Part shown: in pieces, positions 38,582 through 52,100 of the stretch
Position numbering within the stretch: the first letter of the stretch is position 1
How the letters are laid out: each line of letters begins with the position of its first letter
Assembly: GCA_951406725.2 (NCBI GenBank)
Contig: OX597837.1
Span: 29,450,001 to 29,514,000 of the forward strand
Direction of reading: 5' to 3'
Origin: Octopus vulgaris
Lineage: Eukaryota
Length of the DNA stretch: 64,000 nt
The notes under the pieces: generated by a model
Told to the model about the DNA's origin: nothing
Database searches by the model: none
What the model saw: only the letters and a program-made list of their open reading frames with translations
Program-made: the position numbers and the translations under genes

Positions 38582-39735
38582 AAATTTTATCACGAATTAA
38601 CTTCTTAACACACATTTTAAAAAATTTTCATGCAAAATTATTATTTTTTCAAAATATATTTTGGCTCTGTATATAAGGAAGAATATAAACGGAAATTATT
38701 TTGGATCAGTTATGATTTACTATGAAGTTACGTGGCTGTGTGGTAAGTAGCTTGTTTACCAACCACATGGTTCCGGGTTCAGCCCCACTGCGTGGCACCT
38801 TGCGCAAGTGTCTTCTACTATAGCCTCGGGCCAACCAAAGCCTTGTGAGTGGATTTGGTAGACGGAAACTGAAAGAAGCCCATCATATATATGTATATAT
38901 ACGTATGTGCGTGTATGTTTGTGTTTCTGTGTTTGTACCCCTAGCATTGCTTGACAACCGATGCTGGTGTGTTTACGTCCCCGTCACTTAGCGGTTCGGC
39001 AAAAGAGACCGATAGAATAAGTACTGGGCTTACAAAGAATAAGTAAGTCCTGAGGTCGATTTGCTCGACTACAGGCGGTGCTCCAGCATGGCCACAGTCA
39101 AATGACTGAAACAAGTAAAAGAGAGTAAAGAGTAGCATGAAATTACAGTATCGTTCATGCTCAGACGGAGCTAATTTACGGTATAAATTACCTTACTTTT
39201 TCTTCGTCTGACTATGTTTTGTAATCTTCCTTAAAAATCTCCACGTACCTTCTGTAGTACGCTTCAAAAGTTATACCCCCCTCTGGGTTATAACTGAATT
39301 CTGTTCAAGGAGCGGCGAAATGCGTAGCCGTATTTCGTCTGTCTTTATGTTCCGTGTTAAAATTCCGCCGAGGTCAACTTTGCCTTTCATCCTTTCGGGG
39401 TCGATAAATTAAGGACCAGTTACGCACTGGGGTCCATCTAATCGACTTAATTCGTTTGTTTGTCCTTGTTTGTCCCCTCTGTGTTTAGCCCCTTGTGGGT
39501 GATAAAGAAACAAATATTCCAAACGAACTAGCCAACGGACACCTTCCGACTTCACTATGAACTCAACTCAAACTAATACACAAACGTTCTCCGACTGTTA
39601 CTATTCATAATCGCTCGGTCCAGTCTATTTCTCGCAAGGGGGAATCGTGACACTCATCACAAAATCTCCTCTTTTGAGATTTCGACTGTGAAGTGAAATT
39701 TATTTGATATTTTATTTGATTTTGATTTTTCCAGC

Positions 39736-39837
<102 letters not shown>

Positions 39838-40274
39838 TATAGAAAATTTAATATCTTTTTTCAATAATAAATCTCTGAACGTTAGCACGCCGGGCGAAAT
39901 GCGTAGCCGTATTTCGTCTACCATTACGTTCCGGGTTCAAATTCCGCCGAGGTTAACTTTGCCTTTCATCCTTTCTGGGTCGATGAATTAAGTACCAGTT
40001 ACGCCCTGGGGTCGATGTAATCGACTTAATACATATGTCTGTTCTTGTTTGTCCCCTCTGTGTTTAGCCCCTTGTGGGTAATAAAGAAATACGTATTTCG
40101 TCTGCCGTTACATTCTGAGTTCAAAATCCGCCAAGGTCGACTTTGCCTTTCGTCCTTTCGGGGTCGATAAATTAAGTACCAGTTACGCACTGGGGTCGAT
40201 ACAATCGACATAATCCGTTTGTCTGTCCTTGTTTGTCCCCTCTGTGTGTAGCCCCTTGTGGGTAGTAAAGAAAT

Positions 40275-40469
40275 ATATATTTGCCATCTCAACATGGCTA
40301 ACTACTAAGGGTGGGTGTTACTGTAGCTTGTAGCCTTAGGAGAACACCGTTTCCTGCAGGCTTTAGGCTTAGGCGTGCCTAAAGCCAGCTGGAGGAGATG
40401 TTCTCCTGGGGCTACAAGCTACAGTAACACCCACCCTTAGTGGTTCGCCACGTTGAGATGGCAAATATA
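40275..40469. mobile_element. About 195-bp hairpin MITE
   Basis: TATTTGCCATCTCAAC...GTTGAGATGGCAAATA; almost fully self-complementary; TA flanks. Confidence 0.7.
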
Positions 40470-41924
40470 CCTCACAATATCTTTTTCGTTTTGGCATTAT
40501 TTCTAAGCGTACAGTCTGTTTCCTTTCTCTGCTGCTGCCTCTTCGAGGCTCAACAATTAATTTTTTTTTTTTACAGGAGATCCCATAAGTCAAAATAACT
40601 CCAACCAGTCGGTGCCAAACAGATTGGTTGCGTTCTTTATGACGAAAACTTTCACCATGCAAGTTTTTCTTTGAACTATGACATCGTTCGACAGTTTGCC
40701 TACGAAGTATAATTTGTCACCTGTCACGCAATGTGCAGTTTTCGCACACTTTGTTGACTGTTCCTGCATACGTAATAAAGTCACGTTCCTCATTTTTAGT
40801 TAAATTCCAACACTCCATTCGAGTGTTAAATAGAGACGTTTTATTACCGATCATGTTAGACAGCAATTTGATTGTTTCCTGAAAACAAACTTCACTAGAC
40901 TTTATGGGCAATATGAAATTACAGTATCGTTCATGCTCGGGCGGCGAAATGCGTAGCCATATTTCGTCTGTCTTTATGTTCTGAGTTCAAATTCTGCCGA
41001 GGTCGACTTTGCCTTTCATCTTTTCGGGGTCGATAAATAAAGTAACAGTTACGCACTGGGGTCGATATAATCGACTTAGTCCGTTAGTCTGTCCTTGTTT
41101 GTCCCCTCTGTGTTTAGCCCCTTGCGGGTAGTAAAGAAATAGGCATTTCGTCTGCCGTTACGTTCTGAGTTCAAATTCCGCCGAGGTCGACTTTGCCTTT
41201 CATCCTTTCGGGGTCGATAAATAAAGTACCATATTCGCACTGGAGTCGATGTAATCGACTTAATCCCTTTGTCTGTCCTTGTTTGTCCCCTCTGTGTTTA
41301 GCCCCTTGCCGGTAGTAAAGAAATAGGCATTTCGTCTGTCGTTACGTTCTGAGTTCAAATTCCGCCGAGGTCGACTTTGCCTTTCATCCTTTCGGGGTCG
41401 ATAAATAAAGTACCAGTTTCGCACTGGAGTCGATGTAATCGACTTAATCCCTTTGTCTGTCCTTGTTTGTCCCCTCTATGTTTAGCCCCTTGTGGGCAGT
41501 AAAGAAATATATAACTGAATTCTGTTATGGAGATCGATACGCTATCTGACGTAAACGAACTTACAGCATTTTCGGACTTATCTGCGTATAGCTCCAATAA
41601 TTGTTGTTGTGGTTGTTGCTATACTAGTTCCTTCTGCAACTCCTGTTGCTGTTCTTGTTGTTGCAACTGTACCACAGAAATAAATAGGTCTTCCATCATT
41701 TAACAAGTTGTATCACGAACAAATTGTTAAATAAACTACGTGAGCTTCGAAACCTTCGTCGCCAGATGTTGTATCCTCCGTCTCCAATGTCGTGGTACCT
41801 CCACCATATTATGACGGATGGTTTTGATACACTGTACCAGTTTAGTAAGAGTAAACAAGATAACGATGCAGCCGTGATAACAACGAAACGATCCAGCATT
41901 CTCTTCACGAACCAACAATCAATA

Positions 41925-42109
41925 TAGTAATCCCTCAACTTGCCCGGGTGTTACGTTTCAACTCCACTCCCGCGATAAGTGAAAATCCGCGAAAGTAGAA
42001 ACAATAATGTACTGTATATATATTTTTAAAATTATTTTTTAATTTGAATATATTTGTTTTATTACTTTTAGATATTTGAGTTTTTATAAACTTTCCCCAC
42101 GTTCTTAGG

Positions 42110-42161
<52 letters not shown>

Positions 42162-42343
42162 TCTTTTACTTGTTTCAGTCATTTGACTGCGGCCATGCTG
42201 GAGCACCGCCTTTAATTGAGCAACTCGACCCCGGGACTTATTCTATCAGTCTCTTTTGCCGAACCGCTAACGTTACGGGAACGTAAACACACCAGCATCG
42301 GTTGTCAAGCAATGCTAGGGGGACAAACACAGATACACACACA

Positions 42344-42415
<72 letters not shown>

Positions 42416-44047
42416 TACGACAGGCTTCTTTCAGTTTCCGTCTACCAAATCCACTCACAAGGCTTTGGTCGGCCCGAGGCTATAGTAGAAGACACTTGCC
42501 CAAGATGTCACGCAGTGGGACTGAATCCGGAACCATGTGGCTTGTAAGCAAGCTACTTACCACACAGCCACTCCTGCGCCGGTATATATATTTTTAAAAT
42601 TATTTTTATAATTTGTATATATTTGTTTTATTAGTTTTAGATATTTATTGTTTTTATAAACTTTCCCCACGTTCTTAGGAGTACCCGCGACTTCTTTCTT
42701 TTTCTTTTTTTTTTTTTTGTAGGTGAGGACCATAGTGATGGGCGGTTACTGGCGCTACCTTTTCTGTGTAAGGAGTTTGTTTTATAAACTTCCAAGGCTC
42801 CGTCGATTGCATTTCTGAACTGCAACGCACGAATCATCTGGGGGTCCCTATCTACCACCATTCTCTGAAGTTTTTTTCGCGGCCTACATTCGCATACCTT
42901 CTCCTTTCCTTAAGCATGTCGAGGAGTCTCACCTTCTCTGCTGTTGTAAGCATCTTCCTCTGGTGCTTGGGTTCACTGCCAGAAGCCTTAGAAGGCGTAG
43001 GACTTTCAGGCGACATCATAGGGCTTGAAATAAGTTCACAATTTTATACACAAATGCTAAAAAACACTACACACTCGCCTCCCGAGTTACATTTCCATGC
43101 AGTATGCGCGATTCTGGGACGAGTCGGTTTATCAGCCGAGTCTATCGTTAATATCGTCGCGCCTCCTTCCTTCAAACGGGAAGGAAGAGCTATTTTCATC
43201 ATACTTGTGGCTATGGCGAAAGAATGTATCTGGTGGACGCGTCTCAAAGGATTGGAGACAAACACTTTCCTCTCTGGTCAATCTCTCATCAACTTCTTCA
43301 AGTATCACTTGAAAAGGAAAGTGAGAGTAGAGAGGCAAGTTTTGTCTAGCGAATGTTTCAAAACAGATGGGTGAATGTAGCAAGGATGGCACGTATGAAT
43401 GATGGAGCCACCTTGGGCATAATCCTATGAACCCAGAAAAATTTAAAACAGAGTTACTTACTTGCAAATAAATGTGTTAACATGTGACATTATTGACCGA
43501 GGTTACTGTCGTCTTTTCCGTAGACTTTTCTTTCCACTGATAAACCTTATCTGCTTCCCCCCTTTACACTTTACATCATGACATTTCTGTGATACACGAT
43601 CCCTATTGATCGTTTTGTTTTTACGATCCCTTTTGATCGAAAACCTACCCCACTTTTATTTTTTGTTTTGTCTCCCTCAAAAGAAAAGCCCTACTTTGTC
43701 ATTTGTCCCCACTGTGTTCAGCCCTGTGTGGCTAATAAAGAAACACATATTTACTCATCTACTGTACACGACGTATTTTCTTCTAATATATTTTAATTAA
43801 TGTATTATGCAGTGTAATACTGTACTGTACTGTATTTTAATCTATTACTTTATTAATTTTTAGGCGTGGAAATCATTGTTTTACCACAGAAATAATTAAA
43901 ATCTATAAAATGTATAAATATCTGTCGGCTGCAGAAACCCGCAATATACTGAGAGGTCCGCGATATAAATTTACATATATTAGCCAGAAAAATCCTCGAT
44001 GTACTGAGGGCGCGATAAATGAACCACAGTATGGTGAGTGATTACTG
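41925..44047 (-). mobile_element. Internally deleted Tigger-like transposon with nested SINE and LINE
   Basis: TA|TAGTAATCCCTC...GAGTGATTACTG|TA ends; minus strand MSPESPTPSKASGSEPKHQRKMLTTAEKVRLLDMLKE joined to C-terminal-like DPQMIRALQFRNAI (about 42780-43018). Confidence 0.7.
43085..43743 (+). mobile_element. 3' end of a Tx1-like LINE
   Basis: VAMAKECIWWTRLKG...FFKYHLKRKVRVER C-terminus, then 3'UTR ending AATAAAGAAA. Confidence 0.7.
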
Positions 44048-44076
44048 TATTCCAAGCGAACTAAAGAACTCAATTC

Positions 44077-44822
44077 GGATCTTTTCTTTTTGAACGGCAC
44101 TTTTCAACACAATTTCTAGTTAACTAAACACTTTTAAACTTCGTATACTGGTAGAATGTTTCAAAATAAAACATTTTTTCTCTTGGCTTTCTTGAGAAAA
44201 TTGTAATTTGTAAATTTAACGTAGTTTAATTTTTCGAATTTTAACCAATCCTATGGCCTCTATTGAGCTAAAATCATTTGCTGCGTCTAAAACTGAGACA
44301 ACATCCTGTCACTAACCCTCACCCTAACCCTAACCCTAAATTTTAGCCTTTCGTTTTTGTTTTCTTAATTGTTAAATTAATTTAATTGTTACGCGTGTGT
44401 CTAAAATTATTCGTTTTGTTTTTGTTTTGAGTTTTTGCTTTCGTTTTAGCCTTTCGTTTTTTTTTTCTTAATTGTTATCCTTAAATTAATTTAACAATTA
44501 AGAAAACAAAAACGAAAGGCTAAAATTTAGGGTTAGGGTTAGGGTGAGGGTGAGGGTTAGGGTTAGGGTTAGAGTTAGGGTTAGTGACAGGATGTTGTCT
44601 CAGTTTTAGACGCAGCAAATTATTTTAGCTCAATAGAAGCCATAGGATTGGTTAAAATTCGAAAAATTAAACTACGTTAAACAAACAAATTACAATTTTA
44701 TCAAGAAAGCCAAGAGAAAAAAATGTTTTATTTTGACACATTCTACCATTACACGAAGTTTAAAAGTGTTTTTAGTTAACTAGAAATTGTGTTGAAAAGT
44801 GCCGTTCAAAAGGAAATGATCC
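44077..44822. mobile_element. Merlin-like palindromic MITE with internal (CCCTAA)n/(TTAGGG)n
   Basis: About 300-bp TIRs starting GGATC; TSD CTCAATTC/CTCAACTC. Confidence 0.75.
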
Positions 44823-45859
44823 CTCAACTCGAACTAACATACAAACTTCACTCCAGTCGCTACTAGTTATAATCGCTTTAGTCCAGTCTGTGGAGGCGCA
44901 ATGGCCCAGTGGTTAGGGCAGCGGACTCGCGGTCATAGGATCGCGGTTTCCCAGACCGGGCGTTGTGAGTGTTTATTGAGCGAAAACACCTAAAGCTCCA
45001 CGAGGCTCTGGCAGGGGATGGTGGTGATCCCTGTTGTACTCTTTCACCACAACTTTCTCTCACTCTTACTTCCTCTTTCTGTTGTACCTGTATTTCAAAG
45101 GGCCGGCCTTGTCACTCTCTGTGTGTCACGCTGAATATCCACCCCGAGAAGTACGTTAAGGGTACACGTGTCTGTGGAGTGCTCAGCCACTTACACGTTA
45201 ATTTCACGAGCAGGCTGTTCCGTTGATTCGGATCAACCGAAACCCTCGTTCAGTCTATTTCTCTCAAGAGCGCATCGTGACTCTTATCACAACAAAACTC
45301 TTCAAGGAGATTTCCTAGCATGGTCACGGTCTAATGGTTGATACAAATAAAAGAACCAAAGCGTAAAAGAAAGTTATATACACACGCTTACAAACCAACG
45401 CACACATGCACATACTTGAACACACACACAGACCGTTATATCTATCTATTTATCATTTGACCATGTAATTAGCGTTTATCTATTTATCAATTAAGACCGT
45501 AATTAGTGTTTATCGTTTTAAATTTAAACTTTGATCTTACCCAAAAGGTTGAGATATTCAAAGAATCAATCAAGGTCAAATTTCTATAATTTTCTATTAA
45601 GAAATATGTTTGTATAAAAATGATAGATAATTTGAAAACAAATGGAAAATGTATTTTATTTAAAAAAATATTCGTTACATTTTAGAATAGATATTAAGGC
45701 GCAGGAGTGGCTGTGTGGTAAGTAGGTTGTTTACCAACCACATGGTTCCGGGTTTAGTCCCACTGCGTGGCACCTTTGGCAAGTGTCTTCTACTGTAGCC
45801 TCGGGCCGACCAAAGCCTTGCGAGTGGATTTGGTAGACAGAAACTGAAAGAAGCCCGTC

Positions 45860-45916
<57 letters not shown>

Positions 45917-46633
45917 TGTGTGTGTTTGTGTGTCTGTGTTTGTCCCCGTTACTTAGCGGTTCGGCAAAAGAGACCGATTGAATAAGTACTGGGCTTACAA
46001 AAGAATAAGTCCCGGGGTCGAGTTGCTCGATTAAAATGGCGGTGCTCTGGCATGGCCGCAGTCAAATGACTGAAACAAGTAAAAAGAGTAAAAAGAGAGT
46101 AACTGTCTTTTAAAAAATTAGTCATTTTAAGTTTGGATGTATTTCTGTTTTTTCTACGAATATGACTTTCGATTAATTTGATGTCGAGAAATATGCTTTC
46201 GCTAAATTTGTAGCAGAGGTGTGTAATGCTTTTATTGTGTTTGGTTGTTTAAGCTTAAATACTGCAAAATAGGCTCAACAGACCTTTTATTTCCATTGTG
46301 TCACACGATCCATTGGCTTGCCACACTAGTTGCATATTTTGGTCGGTTTCTAACTGTTCAATCGCGTGTTTGCAACAGTTTGTTTTCAACGCGGGAAAGA
46401 ACATTTTGTCTCTGGAGCCTACTCAAGGTTATAAAAACCCTTGTATTCTGCCTCGCTTGCTCTTTAGCAGCAGCCATTGACCACACACAACACATTTATT
46501 TGGACCAGCGTCGATGAACCAGACACCAGCCTGCCACACAGCTTTCTTCAACCAGCCTTCTCCACTTTTCATCGTTACCACAACAGACAGCAGACAACAG
46601 CCACATCACCAGACCCAGCAGAACCGATGTCAT

Positions 46634-46912
46634 TTAAATATTTGTTCTTGACTGTAATATACAATATTTTTTTGCAATAATTCCACCCCTTTTTGCTAAG
46701 CGGCAAATACTGTCATCTGATTCACCCATCTGTCGAATCTTCCCGCAAATCGCATATGTTTTGTTTGAACCTGTCATTCTGCTTGTAGTAACATCAACTT
46801 CAGCGATGTTTATTTGTACAGAAGCATGATCTTTGGTAGCAATAATGCTGTTACTGGCTGAACATTTCCTTGGGATATACATATCCAAGAATTCACCTGC
46901 TTCGTTCTGCAT
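46634..46912 (-). pseudogene. RPS21: Intronless retrocopy of 40S ribosomal protein S21 (eS21)
   Basis: [40 protein letters not shown]...[22 protein letters not shown] is clearly eS21. No introns; substitutions at normally conserved sites (SASNR->SASNS, TGR->TSR); about 9 aa C-terminal extension; candidate TSD TGTCAT at 46628-46633 and 46967-46972. Confidence 0.85.
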
Positions 46913-47227
46913 AATCCTTTCTTTATTCTAAGAAAATCTTAGTCAAAATGGACGACCGTGTAGTATTGTCATCATTCTATTTTTGGCAATCTTATTTTTA
47001 TAACGAGAGGAATAAATTGTCGCTTATTCAACTTACTCAAATCTTATTGTTTGCTATCTCTTTCTCCGTTATAAATTTATCTTCCGATTAATATGCTGTC
47101 AACGCGTAAGTTTTCGTCGAATACACCCAACATTCTTTGTACATGTATGTATGTATGTATGTATGTATGTATGTATGTATGTATGTATGTATGTATGTAT
47201 GTATGTATGTATGCAATGGAAAATACT

Positions 47228-47950
47228 AATGAGTTCTTGAGAGCAAACCCAACACCAGATTCTCAACACTGACCCTTAGGTAGGCCTCTCCAAAAGATAG
47301 TATATCCATAAGTAGGTTTATTTATTTGACCTTCACCAGAGAGACGAGTTTCAGAGCGTGCAACTATATCAAGGGAATATTTCTTAAGTTCACATGCACT
47401 AAATTCAGTACGCTTTTCTGGCTTCTTGTTGAAATTATCATAGAGAAGTGTGCGCACATTCCAACAGCTAAAATTCAGAGGATGTTTATTTTTACTTTTT
47501 CTTGAAGATTGTTTGACTACAGTGGCAGGATGACGACTGGGTCTAGCCTGTGATACACTGGGACACCTGCCGATCCAGACTTGTTTCCCTGACGTTCCCC
47601 AGTCTTTTTTGTCATTTACAAAATATGTTTGAGATATTTTTAGAGTAAGTTACAAGTGCATTTTTAGGTATCTGCCAACCAACTACTTCAATGATTTTAC
47701 TAAGATTTGGTGTACAGGAAGTACCTGTGCAGATGAATAATTTTCAGTGGGTGTAGTTTGCACTGCACTACCCCCACCTAGTGGCCAAGAAGACTTTCGC
47801 CGGTATGACATGAAAACTGACAAAACCAGGAACTTCCAAGGCCTCGGGTTTTATTTCGGAGATTTCCTTCTCCTAGGTAGATTACCAACCAAGGTTAAAG
47901 AGCTTCTACCTGCCCATGAAGTAAGCTATCCTATTCCAGACAACAAACCG
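47228..47950 (-). mobile_element. RTE-clade LINE 5' end (APE endonuclease fragment + 5'UTR)
   Basis: CWNVRTL...RTEFSACELKKYSLDIVARSETRLSGEGQ...GYTIFWRG...GVGFA; upstream boundary approximate. Confidence 0.8.
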
Positions 47951-48311
47951 ACACTCAAACACTCTATATAGTAATCAAATATCCCTCCGCTGACCGACGC
48001 GGAGTAGCTCATCCATACATAAAAAAATACTACATTGCTAATATAAATAAGAATTAAATATAAATAATATATATAAATATAAAAAGTAAAAGATATGCAA
48101 TTTAAAATTATAAATAAAGTAAGATTTAAATATAGATAATATATGTATAAAAGTGTGGCTGTGTGGTAAAGTAGCTTGTTTACCAACCACATGGTTCCGG
48201 GTTCAGTCCCACTGCATGGCACCTTGGGCAAGTGTCTTCTACTATAGCCTCGGGCCGACCAAAGCCTTGTGAGTGGATTTGGTAGACGGAAACTGATAGA
48301 AGCCCGTCGTA

Positions 48312-48376
<65 letters not shown>

Positions 48377-48695
48377 CTGTGTTTGTCCCCCTAGCATTGC
48401 TTGACAACCGATGCTGGTGTGTTTATGTCCCCGTTACTTAGCGGTTCGGCAAAAGAGACCGATAGAATAAGTACTGGGCTTACAAAGAATAAGTCCCGGA
48501 GTCGAGTTGCTCGATTAAAGGCGGTGCACCAGCATGGCCGCAGTCAAAATGACTGAAACAAGAAAAAAGAGAATGAGTAAAAGAGATATGAGAATAAAAA
48601 AGATATATGCATATTTACAAATATTTTGCTGGATGGCCGTTGATTGCTCATGAGTTCCTCCGCTCTTTGACGGGTCTTATTTTTCATCCCGCAGG

Positions 48696-49334
48696 GTGTC
48701 CAACAATCGCCCTCCTCACCAAGCAAGCCTGGTGGGGTTGCCAGTTTAGTCGCCGACGACCCGACCATGCGGCAGGCTGTACAGGATTACATGTTACCAG
48801 TAGCACTCAAGAGCGAACCAGTCAGGATGTCCAACAATCAACCTCCTCACCAAGCAAGCCTGGTGGGGTTGCCAGTTTAGTCGCCGACGACCCGACCATG
48901 CAATATGTTCTACTGGATTACATGTTACCAGTAGCACTCAAGAGCGAAACAGTCACTGGATGTCCAACAATCAACCTCCTCACCAAGCAAGCCTGGTGGG
49001 GTTGCCAGTTTAGTCGCCGACGACCCGACCATGCGGCAGGCTGTACAGGATTACATGTTACCAGTAGCACTCAAGAGCGAACCAGTCAGGATGTCCAACA
49101 ATCAACCTCCTCACCAAGCAAGCCTGGTGGGGTTGCCAGTTTAGTCGCCGACGACCCGACCATGCAATATGTTCTACTGGATTACATGTTACCAGTAGCA
49201 CTCAAGAGCGAACCAGTCAGGATGTCCAACAATCAACCTCCTCACCAAGCAAGCCTGGTGGGGTTGCCAGTTTAGTCGCCGACGACCCGACCATGCAATA
49301 TGTTCTACTGGATTACATGTTACCAGTAGCACTC
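48696..49334. repeat. About 131-bp tandem repeat x5, two variants (A-B-A-B-B)
   Basis: Unit starts at about 48696, 48826, 48959, 49090, 49221; variants differ at GGCAGGCTGTACAG vs AATATGTTCTACTG. Confidence 0.9.
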
Positions 49335-49354
49335 ACACACACAAACACACACAA

Positions 49355-49414
<60 letters not shown>

Positions 49415-49580
49415 GTGTATAGGTTTGTGTGCCTGTGTTTGTCCCCCAACATCGCTTAACAACTGTCGACTTTTTGGCATTATCGAAGAATTGTGAGTGG
49501 ATTTGGTAGACGGAAACTGAAAGAAGCCCGTCGTATATATGTACACACACACATACACACACACACACAAACACACACAA

Positions 49581-49634
<54 letters not shown>

Positions 49635-50253
49635 GTATGTGTATAGGTTTGTGTGCCTGTGTTTGTCCCCCAACATCGCTTAACAACCGATGGTGGTGTG
49701 TTTACGTCCCCGTAACTTAGCAGTTCGGTCTAAGAGACTGAAACAAGTAAAAGAGTAATAATATGATAGGATAGGATATTTAAGAGAGAGAGAGAGAGAG
49801 AGAATGATTGAAGGAGAGAAAGGAGGTAAAGTGAGAGGAAGGGACTGATAGGATATTAAAGGATAGGTGAGAGGAGGGAGAGAGAGAGAGAGATACACTG
49901 AGACAGATAGACAGACAGAGATAGACTGAGAGAGGGGGAAATGGGTCGATGGAAGGGGAGAAGAGGGAAAGGGAGAGGGAAGGGTGAGAGGAAGGGACAG
50001 ACAGATCACAATAGATAGAGAGTGACAGAAAGACAGTAAGAGGGGTAGAAGGGAGAGGAAAGAGAGAGAGAACCACATTTATGACAGGTTGATTGAGAAA
50101 TAGAGAAAGGGATAATGAATGAAAGTAAAACGACGCACACACATACAGATATATACACACAGATACACGTGCACATATGCACACATATACGCACATGTTA
50201 ACATACTGTTATGCACACGCATACATGCATACATACATACATACATATATACA

Positions 50254-50285
<32 letters not shown>

Positions 50286-50364
50286 CATACATACATACAT
50301 ACATACATACCAATAAATGTAGACAAATACATTCACGTATGCACACACTTAAGCATTCACACAT

Positions 50365-50412
<48 letters not shown>

Positions 50413-50860
50413 CGCACATATGCGTGCACTCATCCATGCACACATTTACACATACAAACGCACACACACACACACACACAACGCACATATACGTACACTC
50501 ATCCATGCACACATTTACACATACAAACGCACACACACACACACACACACACAACGCACATATGCGTACACTCATCCATGCACACATTTACACATACAAA
50601 CGCACACACACACACACACACACAAAACGCACATATGCGTACACGCATCCATGCATACATTTACACATACAAACGCACGCGCACACACACACACACAATA
50701 CGCACATATGCGTACACGCATCCATGCATACATTTACACATAGAAACGCACACACACACACACACACAACGCACATATGCGTACACTCATCCATGCATAC
50801 ATTTACACATACAAACGCACGCACACACACACATACACATACACACACGCACACATACAC
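50365..50860. repeat. CA-rich ~65-bp minisatellite, about 7 copies
   Basis: ACGCACATATGCGTACACTCATCCATGCACACATTTACACATACAAACGC + (CA)n. Confidence 0.85.
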
Positions 50861-51701
50861 AAACGTGTGGCAAAGATATTAAGGGAAAAGTAAGAGAGAA
50901 AGAGACAATCTAGAAGAATTACCGTCTTAGAAAAAAGAAAAAAGAAAACGAAAGGGAGGAGGAGAGTTGTAAGGAATAGAGAGCAAAATAAAATAAAAAA
51001 AGAACGAAAAAGAAAAAGAAAATACAGACAGAAACCACGCCATCAAACTGCTGACACATCAAGAATTTCAAGGACATTCTCTGTATATATACCAGAATTC
51101 AGTGAACGGGAATGTAAGATAAGGTGGTAAGTATGCTACAAAGAAATTAGATATCTGATATAATTTACAGTCAGAACTCTACGAGGAAAGACTACCATCC
51201 GAAACGTTTTTAACACACACATACACACAGCTATTTTTTTTTACGCCCTTTTAAAGCCTGGCTAGGCTCATGGGCTCGGTTTCTCGGTTTCTATGGCGTA
51301 TGTGTTCCCCGGCTGGACGGGATGCCAGTCCATCGCAGCGTTACTCATTTTTGCCCGCTGAGTGGACTGGAGCAAGGTGAAATGAAGTGTTTTGCTCAAG
51401 AACACAACGCGTCGCCCGGTCCAGGAATCGAAACCACAATCTTACGATCATGATGCTGACATCCTAACCACTAAGCCAAGTGCCTCCACACACACAGATA
51501 TATTCGTAGTGAAATATACGGATTCATAGAATCATATGGTTATCACAGAAAGCCCTGCTAGTGGACCCAGCTAGCATACCACATCCAGTACTAATGCAGA
51601 GTTCTATGCAGGTGAAATCCAGAAGATCCAGCCAATGAAATTATTTCATGAGGGGTTTATAAGCCATAAAATGTCAGGAGGTATGGGTCGTGAATATGTT
51701 C

Positions 51702-51839
51702 ATTTAACCACTTGTTATCCTTAGGATTACGGTTGTTTCGCAGCCTTCATCATGTAATAATAATTTCAGTCTATAATAAATTATTTTTACATGATGAAGG
51801 TTGCGAAACAGCCATAATCCTTATGATAAGTGGTTAAAT
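51702..51839. mobile_element. Older fold-back insert with hammerhead-like remnant
   Basis: Arms 51702-51757 and 51787-51839; motif UGAUGA-A-GGCUG-CGAAA-CAGCC (consensus of the two arms). Confidence 0.45.
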
Positions 51840-52100
51840 CACAATGCGCGTTTCTGGATTAGCCCATGGGCAAGTAATATACTCTGTAGGGTGCAATTAA
51901 TTAGTGATATACTCTGAATATCTTTCTGTCTGTACTTCGGTACTAATATTTGTATTCGTCTATAGTTGTGTATGCATTTTGATTTTGACTCAACCCGGTG
52001 CCTTACTATTTATGTGCCAGATTCAACAGAATACTAAGATATATAACAACAACAACAATAATAATAATAATAATAAGAAGAAGAAGAAGAAGAAGAAGAA

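Noticed and set aside
44315-44585. (CCCTAA)n/(TTAGGG)n as a telomere fusion site
   Set aside because: Short tracts that are internal parts of the two arms of a MITE family (also at about 3125, 7820, 36505, 38460).
48607-49275. 222-aa ORF with internal repeats
   Set aside because: Arises from the 131-bp tandem array, shifting frame between units; no recognisable domain.
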